This document shows positions 38,330 to 48,268 of a DNA stretch of 59,964 nucleotides, in pieces. This stretch comes from Candidatus Coatesbacteria bacterium (GTDB lineage Bacteria; JAFGND01): contig JAFGND010000064.1 in NCBI GenBank assembly GCA_016927185.1, forward strand, positions 1 to 59,964, written 5' to 3'. The position numbers were made by a program, and so were the translations under genes. The notes below the pieces were generated by a model that saw nothing but the letters and a program-made list of their open reading frames with translations, did not search any database and was not told where the DNA came from. The stretch's first letter is position 1; each line of letters starts with the position of its first letter.

Positions 38330-39763
38330 GTGCGAGTATTATTACTTATCTTGATTTCAGTCACTATTATTAATGCAGAAAGAATAAAAGTCTATTTCAA
38401 TGCAAAGGTCGATACAACAGGATATTCCGGGAATTATGCAAAAGGTCTTTCAGATTTTGTATCAATTCTGAAGGAGAAGATAGATTCAACTAGATATAGT
38501 ATAGATATATGCTTATATAATCTTGATCTTTCTGAGATAACAGATAAAATAATTGAAGCGTACAGAAGAGGAGTAAAGATAAGAGTAATAACTGATGATG
38601 AGCATAAATATGATACTGAGATTCAAAGGCTAATATATGAAGGGATACCTGTAATAGATGATTCATTTGGAGGGAATCCCAGAAGTAATATAATGCATAA
38701 TAAATTCTGGATATTCGATTTCAGGGACAGTACAAGTATGGATGATGATTTTACGATGACAGGTTCATGGAATGTTACTTATGCAAATACTTACAAGGAT
38801 GCAAATAACATAGTTTTCTTTCAGGATAATGGTATTTCCAGGGCATATACAACAGAATTTGAGGAAATGTGGGGCAGTGGAACTGAAATACCAGATTCAG
38901 CTAATAGTTGCTTTCATAACCGCAAATCTGATAACACTGTTCATGAATTTGATATAGATGGAACAAAAATCAATTTGTTCTTTAATCCTACTGACACTAC
39001 TGAACTGAAAATGGTTAGACAGATTTCAGAATGCAAGAAAGAAGCAGATTTTTGTATATATGCTTTCTCCTCGGACACAGTTTCTCATTATATGAAAATA
39101 CAATGGGATGTTGTTGAGAATTTCAAAGTTCAGGGAGTGTTTGATAGAACTTTCTGGGATACTGACTGGTCAAAAGCCAGAGACATGAGGGGAGATTCTA
39201 CTGCGGAAGAACCTTGGGATCCCCCTGCACCAGTATATAGCGATAGTGTAAGATTTCCTGATCAGTCCAGCGGTTTATTGCATTCGAAATATATGATACT
39301 TGATCCATTTGATGATAGTGCTGTTGTTATTACTGGATCGTCCAATTGGTCATTAGCGGGTTTTTATGATAACGATGAAAATGTAGTAATGATTCATGAT
39401 AAAAAAATTGCCCAGCAGTATTATCAAGACTTCATTCAAAGATATAAGGAGGCACAAGGAACTGGGTTCAATTCAAAAAAAAATGCGATAAAAAAGAGTA
39501 ATATTGAACAATATGAGACACTCAAGATTTATCCAATACCAATAAAGGATTTCATAACATTTGACTTCAATCTTAAAAAAGAGAGAAAAGTGGATATTAT
39601 CCTTTATGACATTTCTGGCAGATATATAAGCTTGATTTCAAGCACTATTCTACGCAAAGGAAATAGCAAAAGGACATTTAAACTCCCTGAAGGCCTTAAA
39701 AAGGGAGTTTATTTAATAAAAATTTCCGATTTTGGGTACAAAAAAATTGAAGTATTAAGATAA
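38330..39763 (+). CDS. Secreted phospholipase D-family protein with T9SS type A-like C-terminal domain
   Basis: Signal peptide from GTG 38330 (after GGAGG), two HKD motifs (HNKFWIFD..TGSWN; HSKYMILD..TGSSN), CTD with IYPIP..LYDISGR..GVYLIKI. Confidence 0.9.
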   Translation: MRVLLLILISVTIINAERIKVYFNAKVDTTGYSGNYAKGLSDFVSILKEKIDSTRYSIDICLYNLDLSEITDKIIEAYRRGVKIRVITDDEHKYDTEIQRLIYEGIPVIDDSFGGNPRSNIMHNKFWIFDFRDSTSMDDDFTMTGSWNVTYANTYKDANNIVFFQDNGISRAYTTEFEEMWGSGTEIPDSANSCFHNRKSDNTVHEFDIDGTKINLFFNPTDTTELKMVRQISECKKEADFCIYAFSSDTVSHYMKIQWDVVENFKVQGVFDRTFWDTDWSKARDMRGDSTAEEPWDPPAPVYSDSVRFPDQSSGLLHSKYMILDPFDDSAVVITGSSNWSLAGFYDNDENVVMIHDKKIAQQYYQDFIQRYKEAQGTGFNSKKNAIKKSNIEQYETLKIYPIPIKDFITFDFNLKKERKVDIILYDISGRYISLISSTILRKGNSKRTFKLPEGLKKGVYLIKISDFGYKKIEVLR

Positions 39764-39877
39764 TTTTATTCTAAATATTTCTACTAAATTCAAGAGTTTG
39801 ATAAAAAACAGAAAACTAGTCTGACAAAATCTCCAAAGAACTTGACAAATCTATCTTTTCTTGGAACAGAGAGAACA

Positions 39878-42800
39878 ATGCAGTCAATATTCAAGTCATT
39901 AAAGGAAATAGCAAAAGGATTCTTATTCATAAGTATACTAATTGCCATCATTTGTACTGCACTTCTTATAATTACCTACAAGAATCAGACGATGCATTTA
40001 TATCTGGTAAGTTCACTAGCTACTTTATCAAAGCTGGTTGTTAATGGCTCAATAAAAGTAGATTCAATAGAAGGAGATCTATTTTCTCATGTCAGAATCA
40101 GGAATGCTGAGTTTTTTTATTACAGAACACCAGAAAAACCTTTTGTTAAGATAAAGGATATTGAGTTATTTTGGAAACCTGTCTATCTTTTTCTTGATAA
40201 AAAGGTTTTTATTGATAGTCTCAAGATAACTACTCCAAATTTTTATTTCAAGAGATATCTTCCCCAGGCAGATTGGAATATTGCTGATTTCTTCAAGAGT
40301 AAATCAAAAGCAAAATCAAAAACGGATATTTCCTTTTTTGCAACCAAGATAATAATCAAGGATTCAAACGGTATTGTTGATGATAGCGGAAAAGCTTATT
40401 ATACATTCAAGAAGTTGAAAATGGATGCAATACTGACTTCCAGTGAAAATGGTTTCTATGTATTGCTTAATGAATTAGATGGGAAAAGCAATGAACAGAG
40501 ATTCAGATGCAAGTTGATAAGTATTGATAAGGATGAACTCGGTATAAATATCAAGGGGAAGCAATTATTATTGAATGAAAGAAGTGTTTTGACAGGAATT
40601 GGAGGGCATCTCAGAGGAAAGGAAGATATTCTTTTCAAAGTAAGAAAGAGTCAGGTTTATTATCAGGATATATATCATTTCATTCCTGCAGATTTGCTTT
40701 TCAGGGGAGGATATTATACCTTGACTAATACAAATATAGGTTATAAGGAAGATAGTTTTTTTATAAACTCATTTGCAGTCTCTGATTCTATACCTTTTTA
40801 TACCCTTGATTTTTATAAAGCAAAAGGAAGATTTGATTTCTGGAAAAAAAGACTCAATATGTCTGATTTTTACGCAAAGTACTTTGATACATATTGGCAT
40901 CTGAATTATTCTAACATTGATTTCAGGGATTTTAGTTATACAGGAAAAGGAACTTTCAAAGGCTTCAATCTGAAAAGCACTGGAGTAAAAGGCCTTAGAG
41001 GGAAGATTGATGGTCAATTTATGATAAAGGGAAAGCAGTTTCTTCCTTCTAAAAGGCATTTCAATTTCAAGATAATTACAAAAGGAATCCTTTTTCAGGA
41101 TTACAGTTCCAGTTTTGTTGAAGCTGCTGGTGTTTACAATCCTTCTAATGTCAATTTCAGCAATTTAAAAATTGCATCGAAGAATGGAGTGGTTGATTTC
41201 AAGGGAACTGTTTTCAGGAATGGGAATTTTGATTTGAGTGTTAAATCAAGCAACTTTCCATTATTAAAACCGCTTCCTTTTAAGGGATTAGCCAGTTTTA
41301 ATGGACAATTGAAAGGATCTTTAAAAAACCTTGCTGTTCAGGGAAGAGGCAATATAAGAAATTTTGGTTGGGAAGGTGTTTATGCGAGTAATTTAACAAT
41401 AAACAATCTGTTGATCCAGGGGATAAATACAAGTGATTTCAATTATTTTTTCATGGGAAATGTTAATCTGAACGCACAAGGAGTAAATATAGGAAGGATA
41501 GAAGCAAATACCGGAGAAGTATTAGCCTTTTTTCAACCTAATAATATTATCATTCAAAGAGCTAAATTTGAGCTTCCTGATTTCCTTGTTGTAACAAGAG
41601 GAAATTGGGAGTTATCAACTGTTTATAAGGAGTTATATCTTAATAACACAAGAATTCAATCAGCCAAAGGGGTTTTCACGAATATAAATCCAATACATTT
41701 GAGTTTTGGAGATCGGGGAATAGAAGTTCAATCAATGCAGTTTAATTATGCAAAATCAGGTTTTGATAAAAAACTTGGTACTGTAAAGGTAGGAGGATAT
41801 TTTACCTATTCTGGAGATATAAATAGGATAAATATAAAAGGGAACAAGTTTAATATAGGGGAGTTATCTGGATTGTTCTTTCCAAGACACAGAATAAGTT
41901 CAACAGCAGACTTTGATATGGTTTTAAAAGGAAGTTTCTCAAATCCCCAAATTAATGGTAAGGTTGACCTGCATAAAACAGTCTATCATACTGGAAGCGT
42001 AAAGAATCTAGGTATTTCACAAAAACTGAATGATTTAAGAAAACCAGATGAGCATTCAGAAGATCCTTTCGCTTTAAAGGAAGTAAAACCTACAAGCATT
42101 CAGAGTGAATTTGGAAAGATAGATTTCAGTTACAAGGATGGTTGGTTGAATATAGAAAATGCCAGTTTTTATCAGAATAAAATACCTTCAGTTGTAAAAG
42201 GAAGGATTCCTGTAAAAGGAAGTTCGGATAAAGACGAGATAGATATGCAGATGGATATTAAAGGAATAGACACTGATTTATTAGGTTTATTTACAGATAT
42301 AATTACGTTAAATAAAGGTGATGTCTCTTTCAAGGGGACATTGAAAGGGACATTGGAAAAACCAGAAATTGATGGGAAAATGTCCATAGAAAATGGTCAG
42401 GTAGTTTTCATTCCAACTGGAACTATATTCACAGGTGTAAATGCTTATCTTGCATTTGTATATGACAGAATTTTGTTTGGAGGAGATCCATATTTTATAG
42501 AAGCAAAAACTCCTGAAGGTGGAAATATCTATGTGAATGGGAAATTAGATATTGGAGGATTTAAATTAAACCATATTCTTGCAAAAATAGAAGCACAAGA
42601 CATTCTTTTTGATGCAATTCCTGATATTGTAATAAAGGGCGATGCTTCATTGTTTGTTTATGGTCCCCCTGACCATATTCTTGTCAAAGGTAATGTAGAA
42701 TTGACTGAAGGTTTAATAAGTATCCCGTTCAACCAGGAAGAGACAATAGAATACAATCCTTCTTCAGGAGCACTCCAATATGATTTAAGAATCAGAGGAG

Positions 42801-43549
42801 ATAACAATATCTGGTTAAAAAACCAAGATATGAATGCTGAAATCCAGGTTGATATGGGATTTAAATGGTGGAATAAGGATATAATTTTTATAGGAAACCT
42901 TGAAACCTTGAGAGGTGAATACTATATTCTTGGCAATGAAATGAAAATTGAGGAAGGTTCGTTGATTTTCAATAATAATCCTGAATTTAATCCAAGACTT
43001 AATATTATAGCTTCAACTATGATTAGAGGTTCAGTAAGAGAGGAAGATACTATTATTAAAGCAAAACTTACTGGTACACTAAGAAAGAGCAATCTTGAGC
43101 TAACTGCTTATGATTATCTGGAATTTCCCAAGAAGGACTATAGCCAGGCTGACATATTATCCATGATAGCATTAAGAATGACATGGGCGGATCTTGAAAG
43201 AAGCAAGCCAAGTGGAGTAATGAGAAATCAAGGTCTGACAACAGCCTTGACTTCAGTGAGTGTACTTATGACTAGAGGTTTGGGAAAAAACTTTGGTTTG
43301 TCTACATTTTACATAAAGACGGATTTAGGTGCTACTTCATCAAAAACACTGGAGGTTACTGCAGGAAGATATATTTTAAGGAATTTATATCTTTCATATA
43401 CCCAGGATATAGTAAACAAAAGAGAGCAAGAGATATCTCTTGAATATATGCTGAATAGAATTCATTCTGTTCAGGTAAGTACCGATTATGATAAGGACTT
43501 GAAGGAAAGATTATTTAATCTTGACTGGAAAATACTATTTAAATATTAG
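39878..43549 (+). CDS. tamB: Translocation/assembly module TamB-like (AsmA/DUF490) protein
   Basis: N-terminal TM, long Gly-rich beta-taenia repeats (LKGSFSNPQINGKV, LKGTLEKPEIDGKM), C-terminal NPRLNI..TAGRYI..LYLSY..EY..FKY. The track's TTG start at 39842 coincides with a TTGACA box. Confidence 0.85.
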   Translation: MQSIFKSLKEIAKGFLFISILIAIICTALLIITYKNQTMHLYLVSSLATLSKLVVNGSIKVDSIEGDLFSHVRIRNAEFFYYRTPEKPFVKIKDIELFWKPVYLFLDKKVFIDSLKITTPNFYFKRYLPQADWNIADFFKSKSKAKSKTDISFFATKIIIKDSNGIVDDSGKAYYTFKKLKMDAILTSSENGFYVLLNELDGKSNEQRFRCKLISIDKDELGINIKGKQLLLNERSVLTGIGGHLRGKEDILFKVRKSQVYYQDIYHFIPADLLFRGGYYTLTNTNIGYKEDSFFINSFAVSDSIPFYTLDFYKAKGRFDFWKKRLNMSDFYAKYFDTYWHLNYSNIDFRDFSYTGKGTFKGFNLKSTGVKGLRGKIDGQFMIKGKQFLPSKRHFNFKIITKGILFQDYSSSFVEAAGVYNPSNVNFSNLKIASKNGVVDFKGTVFRNGNFDLSVKSSNFPLLKPLPFKGLASFNGQLKGSLKNLAVQGRGNIRNFGWEGVYASNLTINNLLIQGINTSDFNYFFMGNVNLNAQGVNIGRIEANTGEVLAFFQPNNIIIQRAKFELPDFLVVTRGNWELSTVYKELYLNNTRIQSAKGVFTNINPIHLSFGDRGIEVQSMQFNYAKSGFDKKLGTVKVGGYFTYSGDINRINIKGNKFNIGELSGLFFPRHRISSTADFDMVLKGSFSNPQINGKVDLHKTVYHTGSVKNLGISQKLNDLRKPDEHSEDPFALKEVKPTSIQSEFGKIDFSYKDGWLNIENASFYQNKIPSVVKGRIPVKGSSDKDEIDMQMDIKGIDTDLLGLFTDIITLNKGDVSFKGTLKGTLEKPEIDGKMSIENGQVVFIPTGTIFTGVNAYLAFVYDRILFGGDPYFIEAKTPEGGNIYVNGKLDIGGFKLNHILAKIEAQDILFDAIPDIVIKGDASLFVYGPPDHILVKGNVELTEGLISIPFNQEETIEYNPSSGALQYDLRIRGDNNIWLKNQDMNAEIQVDMGFKWWNKDIIFIGNLETLRGEYYILGNEMKIEEGSLIFNNNPEFNPRLNIIASTMIRGSVREEDTIIKAKLTGTLRKSNLELTAYDYLEFPKKDYSQADILSMIALRMTWADLERSKPSGVMRNQGLTTALTSVSVLMTRGLGKNFGLSTFYIKTDLGATSSKTLEVTAGRYILRNLYLSYTQDIVNKREQEISLEYMLNRIHSVQVSTDYDKDLKERLFNLDWKILFKY

Positions 43550-43555
43550 ATTAAT

Positions 43556-44941
43556 ATGAAAAAGATAGTTATTGTTGATGATGAAATCTCTATAGTTATT
43601 CAGCTAAAGATGCTTCTAAAGGACTATAACTATGATGTTTTCGCAACAGATGATTCTCTTGAAGCACTTGATTATATTAGAAATAATCCTGTCGATTTAT
43701 TACTTTCTGATATAAGAATGCCTGAAATGAATGGAATACAACTGACAGAGGAAGTCCTTAAAATAGATCCTGGGATTGTGACGATTCTACTGACAGCTTA
43801 TGCTGATGTAGAAAGTACAATAGAGGCTATGAATAAAGGAGCATTCAAGTATATTGTAAAACCATACAAGAATGAAGAGGTTATAGAGGCAATCAAACAA
43901 GCTCTAGAAAGAAGCAGCTATATAAGAAGGCAGTCTGTTGCGACAACTGATGATATAATATCAATAGATCCCGATACAATAGTTGGCAAGAGTTCAACGT
44001 TCTTGTCAATAATACAGCAACTTCCTGCAATTGCAGCTAGTGATGCAACTGTTTTAATCATGGGAGAATCTGGTGTTGGGAAAGAGCTTATTGCAAGACG
44101 AATTCATAATCTATCTAACAGATGTGATCATCCTTTTGTTGCAGTTAACTGTGGAGCATTACCAGAGAATTTATTGGAAAGTGAGCTATTTGGATTTGTA
44201 AAAGGTGCTTTTACAGGAGCAATCAGCAAAAAAGCTGGATTAATGGCAACTGCTGAAAAAGGAACTTTTTTTATGGATGAAATTAGTGAACTTTCACTAT
44301 CACTTCAGGTTAAGCTTTTAAGAGCCATACAGAGAAAAGAAATATTACCACTGGGACAGACATTTCCTCAGTTAATAGATATAAGATTGATAGTTGCGAC
44401 AAATAAATACTTGTATGAGGAAGTAAAACGTGGAAGATTCAGGGAAGACTTATATTATCGCCTTAATGTAATTCCATTAGTAATACCACCTTTGAAAGAA
44501 AGAAAAGATGATATTGAAGAGCTTGTGAAGTTGTTTTTGAAAAGACTGAACATGGAAGATATGTTCGAAATGATTACAAAGGAAGCATGGGATAAATTAT
44601 TGGGATATAAATGGCCAGGTAATGTAAGGGAATTGGAAAATATAATAGAGAGGCTCGTGGTAGTAAAACATGGACAGAAGATATATGCAAGCGATATACC
44701 TATTGATTCTGAAAGCGAAAAAGATGAGATTACAAAGGATATAGAATATAAAAAAGACTTACTAATTGTATCACAATCCTCTGATAACAGTGAGATATTA
44801 GAGGAGTTTAATGGTACTCTTGCAGAATTAGAAAGTATATATATAAGGAATGTTTTGGAAAGAGTAGGGGGGAACAGGAACAAGGCTGCAAAAATTCTTG
44901 GAATAAATCCAGCCACTTTGTTCAGAAAGCTTAGAGAATAA
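43556..44941 (+). CDS. Sigma-54-dependent response regulator (REC-AAA+-HTH)
   Basis: VDDE, SDIRMP, GESGVGKE, intact GAFTGA, FMDEI, WPGNVREL, HTH. Confidence 0.95.
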   Translation: MKKIVIVDDEISIVIQLKMLLKDYNYDVFATDDSLEALDYIRNNPVDLLLSDIRMPEMNGIQLTEEVLKIDPGIVTILLTAYADVESTIEAMNKGAFKYIVKPYKNEEVIEAIKQALERSSYIRRQSVATTDDIISIDPDTIVGKSSTFLSIIQQLPAIAASDATVLIMGESGVGKELIARRIHNLSNRCDHPFVAVNCGALPENLLESELFGFVKGAFTGAISKKAGLMATAEKGTFFMDEISELSLSLQVKLLRAIQRKEILPLGQTFPQLIDIRLIVATNKYLYEEVKRGRFREDLYYRLNVIPLVIPPLKERKDDIEELVKLFLKRLNMEDMFEMITKEAWDKLLGYKWPGNVRELENIIERLVVVKHGQKIYASDIPIDSESEKDEITKDIEYKKDLLIVSQSSDNSEILEEFNGTLAELESIYIRNVLERVGGNRNKAAKILGINPATLFRKLRE

Positions 44942-44952
44942 TTATATGTAAT

Positions 44953-45744
44953 CTAGTATGAATTCTCTTGTTTAGGGAACTCAGTTTTTCTTACTTCCGA
45001 GCAATATTCATTAACTGCATCTTTTATAGTTTTTTCAAGTTCTGCATAGAATTTGACGAATTTAGGTTTAAAATCTGAGTTCATTCCAAGCATATCATTT
45101 AGTACAAGAATTTGACCATCACAATGTACGCCAGCTCCAATGCCTATTGTGGGTATATTTAGCGAATCAGTTATTTCTGAAGAGAGAGCAGATGGAATTT
45201 TCTCAAGAACTATTGAAAAGCAACCTGCTTCTTCAATACTTTTCGCATCACTTAGTATCTTATCTGCTTCTTGTTTTTGCTTGCCTCTTGTTGCATATGA
45301 ACCGAAGATGTTTATAGATTGAGGGGTTAATCCAAGATGACCCATTACTGGAATTCCAGCATTTACTATAGCTTCTATGATTTCCGGTTTTGATCCTTCT
45401 AACTTGACTGCCTGGGCTCTTGTTTCTTTCAATATTCTTCCAGATGATCTTATTGCTTCTTCTGTCGAAGATTGATATGAAAGAAAAGGTAAATCAGCTA
45501 CTAATAAACATGTTGGATTAGCTCTCTGAACACATTTTGTATGATATATAATCTCTTCAAGGGTTACGGGAAGTGTCGTTTCATGACCCTGGATAACCAT
45601 TCCAAGAGAATCTCCAATGAGTATCATATCTATGTCAGTAGATCCAATTATTTTTGCAAAACAATAATCGTAGCAGGTTAAGGCAACTATTTTTTTGTTG
45701 AGTTTCTTCATCTCAACTATATCTACAACACTCTTATTATGCAT
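44953..45744 (-). CDS. panB: 3-methyl-2-oxobutanoate hydroxymethyltransferase
   Basis: LTCYD, LIGDSLGMV, ADLPFLSY, VKLEG, GHLGLTPQS, IGIGAG..CDGQILV. Confidence 0.98.
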   Translation of the reverse strand: MHNKSVVDIVEMKKLNKKIVALTCYDYCFAKIIGSTDIDMILIGDSLGMVIQGHETTLPVTLEEIIYHTKCVQRANPTCLLVADLPFLSYQSSTEEAIRSSGRILKETRAQAVKLEGSKPEIIEAIVNAGIPVMGHLGLTPQSINIFGSYATRGKQKQEADKILSDAKSIEEAGCFSIVLEKIPSALSSEITDSLNIPTIGIGAGVHCDGQILVLNDMLGMNSDFKPKFVKFYAELEKTIKDAVNEYCSEVRKTEFPKQENSY

Positions 45745-45911
45745 TTCTCTCCTTTTTTGTCATATCATTGGTTTAAATAAAAAATGTCAAGTAAGCTAAA
45801 ATGAATCATTGCAATAAAGTCAGGAATATTATCCTGAATGAATGATAGAAATTAAAGAAGCTGTTTTTGTTTTCAATTGACATAAAGTATATTATGGAGA
45901 AGATAGAGGCT

Positions 45912-46511
45912 ATGAATACAATATTGATAAGAGACTTACCCTCAGCAATACTCATTGGATTATTATTGTTAGGCGTTAGCTGCAAGGAAAATGAAGGTGT
46001 AAATCAGGCATTTACAAGTACTGAATATGGAAAAAGCTTCTTCTCTTATGCTAGAATAGAGGCAAAACTTGATAGTCTTGAAAAAGCTCCAAAGACTGAA
46101 GAATTGAAACCAGGTGCAATGTGCTATTCAGTATGTGTAAATAATAATATTACGAATTTTGTTTGCCTGAAATGTGGCAAGGCAACTAAATATGATGTAT
46201 GGACATATGATCTTATTCAAACAACAAGAAGCAAATTGAATGGAATAAAGGAACTTGATATAAAAGTCATTGATAATGGTTTTTGTGAACACTGTTATCC
46301 TGGCACTACTCCGAAAACCTTCAAAATTTATATAAAATATTCAGACAAAAAGGATAGAATTGCAAGTAGTGTCAATTTCCATGAAGCTGAAGTACTTGTG
46401 CAATTCTTGAAAGGAAATCATGTTTTCACGGGTGAGCAAGGTAATGAAAGTGATATGAAACAATACTTGCCATTGTTGAAAAAAATTCTGTTGGGGAAGG
46501 AAGTAAAGTGA
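45912..46511 (+). CDS. GAMCY-motif Cys-rich lipoprotein A (putative radical SAM substrate)
   Basis: Start at ATG 45912 (after GAGG) gives a signal peptide with lipobox LGVSC. KPGAMCY-x12-CLKC-x36-CEHC. Confidence 0.8.
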   Translation: MNTILIRDLPSAILIGLLLLGVSCKENEGVNQAFTSTEYGKSFFSYARIEAKLDSLEKAPKTEELKPGAMCYSVCVNNNITNFVCLKCGKATKYDVWTYDLIQTTRSKLNGIKELDIKVIDNGFCEHCYPGTTPKTFKIYIKYSDKKDRIASSVNFHEAEVLVQFLKGNHVFTGEQGNESDMKQYLPLLKKILLGKEVK

Positions 46512-47113
46512 GATCTCTTATAATTAAATATGTTCCTGGAGCAATTTTGTTATTACTTCTGGTGTTCGGGATTTACAAGAATCCTGCAATTACGGAAAAA
46601 CTGTCAGCTGGAAAAAGTCAAAACCAGGATAAAACTACATTTTCTTCTATGGAAGCAAAACTTGACAGTCTTGCAAAAACACCGAAACAGACTGACTTGA
46701 ATCCCGGGGCAATGTGTTATGAACCAGTTTGTATCACTGATTATGCCAACTTTGTTTGCTCGAAATGCAACAAATCGACTATCCTGTCAAGAGAAGTGGT
46801 AGAGAATATTAGGAATGCAAAAGCAATGTTAACTAATATTAGGGGATTAAAAATAGTCATTGATGATTCAGGCTTTTGTGGACATTGCAATAAAAATAAA
46901 ACAGACCACTTCTTTAAAATAACAATATTTTATCCTGATAGAAAAGAACCAGTTACAAGTAAGTTATACATTCATCAGACAGGAATTCTTACGCAATTTT
47001 TAAAAGGGAATTTGATTTACAAGGGTGAAAGAGATTCTGAAAGTGATATGAAAACTTATTTACCATTACTGAAGAAAATTCTGCTTGGGATTGAGGACAA
47101 ACGCGAGCAATAA
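46508..47113 (+). CDS. GAMCY-motif Cys-rich exported protein B
   Basis: GTG start overlaps the stop of A. Hydrophobic signal or anchor without a lipobox Cys. NPGAMCY-x12-CSKC-x36-CGHC. Confidence 0.8.
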   Translation: MRSLIIKYVPGAILLLLLVFGIYKNPAITEKLSAGKSQNQDKTTFSSMEAKLDSLAKTPKQTDLNPGAMCYEPVCITDYANFVCSKCNKSTILSREVVENIRNAKAMLTNIRGLKIVIDDSGFCGHCNKNKTDHFFKITIFYPDRKEPVTSKLYIHQTGILTQFLKGNLIYKGERDSESDMKTYLPLLKKILLGIEDKREQ

Positions 47114-47158
47114 GCATATGAATTTCTATTGAAATATAAAAAGAGGAGATAATCTCTC

Positions 47159-47656
47159 ATGAATAGTTTTTTTTTCAAGGGTATTCCACCTGCACTTGCC
47201 AGAATATTGTTAATATGGGCTTTGTTTAGTATACCCCAGCATACGGCTAGTGCACATTTCTCGATATCTGAAAAATTTATTAAGGATCTAGATTGTATAG
47301 CAAAAGAAGAAAAATCAATTAATATGAAGATAGGAGCAATGTGTTATGTCTGTGTAGATATGGATGAGTACAAGAACTATATCTGTCCAAAATGCAAAAA
47401 AGCTACCAAATATGATGAAAAAATAATACTAAGGTTGAACTCCATAAAAAGACAATTCAAAGCTTTGAAAGGAGTAATTGTTGAAATTGACGACACAGCA
47501 TTTTGCAGTCATTGTAATCCTGGGAAACCGAAATTATTAAGGCTCAGTTTTACTTTTCCAGACAAAAACTTGAAAGTAGATTTATCAGTGACTCCTGAGC
47601 AAGCTCCAAATGTATTGAAATTATTTACAGCTTTTACGAATACCAGCACAAAATAA
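47159..47656 (+). CDS. GAMCY-motif Cys-rich exported protein C (C-terminally shorter)
   Basis: SD GAGGAG, signal peptide ending in ASA, KIGAMCY-x12-CPKC-x36-CSHC. It lacks the LKKILLG tail. Confidence 0.8.
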   Translation: MNSFFFKGIPPALARILLIWALFSIPQHTASAHFSISEKFIKDLDCIAKEEKSINMKIGAMCYVCVDMDEYKNYICPKCKKATKYDEKIILRLNSIKRQFKALKGVIVEIDDTAFCSHCNPGKPKLLRLSFTFPDKNLKVDLSVTPEQAPNVLKLFTAFTNTSTK

Positions 47657-47667
47657 AGGAGAAAGAG

Positions 47668-48249
47668 ATGGGTAGTATTTTGAAGCATATTCCTTCGGCA
47701 ATTCTTGTTGTATTGCTTCTATTGGGAATATCATGCAGAGATAATACCAAAAACTCCTTATCTGCAGAAGAAACGAATAAGGGATTCAGAAACTATTCTT
47801 CTATTGAAGCTAAACTAGATTCTCTTTCAAAAGCATCTAAGCAAAGAGATCTTAATCCAGGAGCTATGTGTTACAAGGTAGCATTTGATAGAACAACTGA
47901 GACTTTCATTTGCGGTAAATGCAAGAAAGGAACAGTTTATAACGCAAAAGAATATAACAGGATTATTGAAGCGAAAAGAATTCTAGAAAGCATTAAGAAT
48001 ATAAAAATAATCGTTGATGATAGTGGATTCTGCAGTAATTGCAGTAAAGGTAATGTGATATACAAATTTAAACTAACAATTCAATATCCTGATAGAACTG
48101 AACCTGTTTATAGCGAAATTCATCTAAATGAAGTTTCATTATTGAAACAATTTTTGGAAGGTAAACTGGTTTTTAGAAGTGAAAATGATAATGAAGAAGA
48201 AATGAAGAATTATTTGGAGAAACTAAAAAAGATCTTGTTAGGGAAATAA
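47668..48249 (+). CDS. GAMCY-motif Cys-rich lipoprotein D
   Basis: SD AAGGAG, lipobox LGISC, NPGAMCY-x12-CGKC-x36-CSNC. Confidence 0.8.
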   Translation: MGSILKHIPSAILVVLLLLGISCRDNTKNSLSAEETNKGFRNYSSIEAKLDSLSKASKQRDLNPGAMCYKVAFDRTTETFICGKCKKGTVYNAKEYNRIIEAKRILESIKNIKIIVDDSGFCSNCSKGNVIYKFKLTIQYPDRTEPVYSEIHLNEVSLLKQFLEGKLVFRSENDNEEEMKNYLEKLKKILLGK

Positions 48250-48268
48250 AAAACAGAACGATTGATAA

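Noticed and set aside
39842-39877. Track starts at 39842 (tamB), 11557, 45867, 38309 and 8205
   Set aside because: They fall in promoter or intergenic sequence (several overlap or precede TTGACA boxes) or lie upstream of better SD-supported starts, so downstream starts were chosen.
45912-48249. GAMCY proteins as c-type cytochromes or classical short RiPP precursors
   Set aside because: The motifs are CxHC/CxxC, not CxxCH. The proteins are 165-200 aa with export signals and no recognisable leader/core or double-Gly site.
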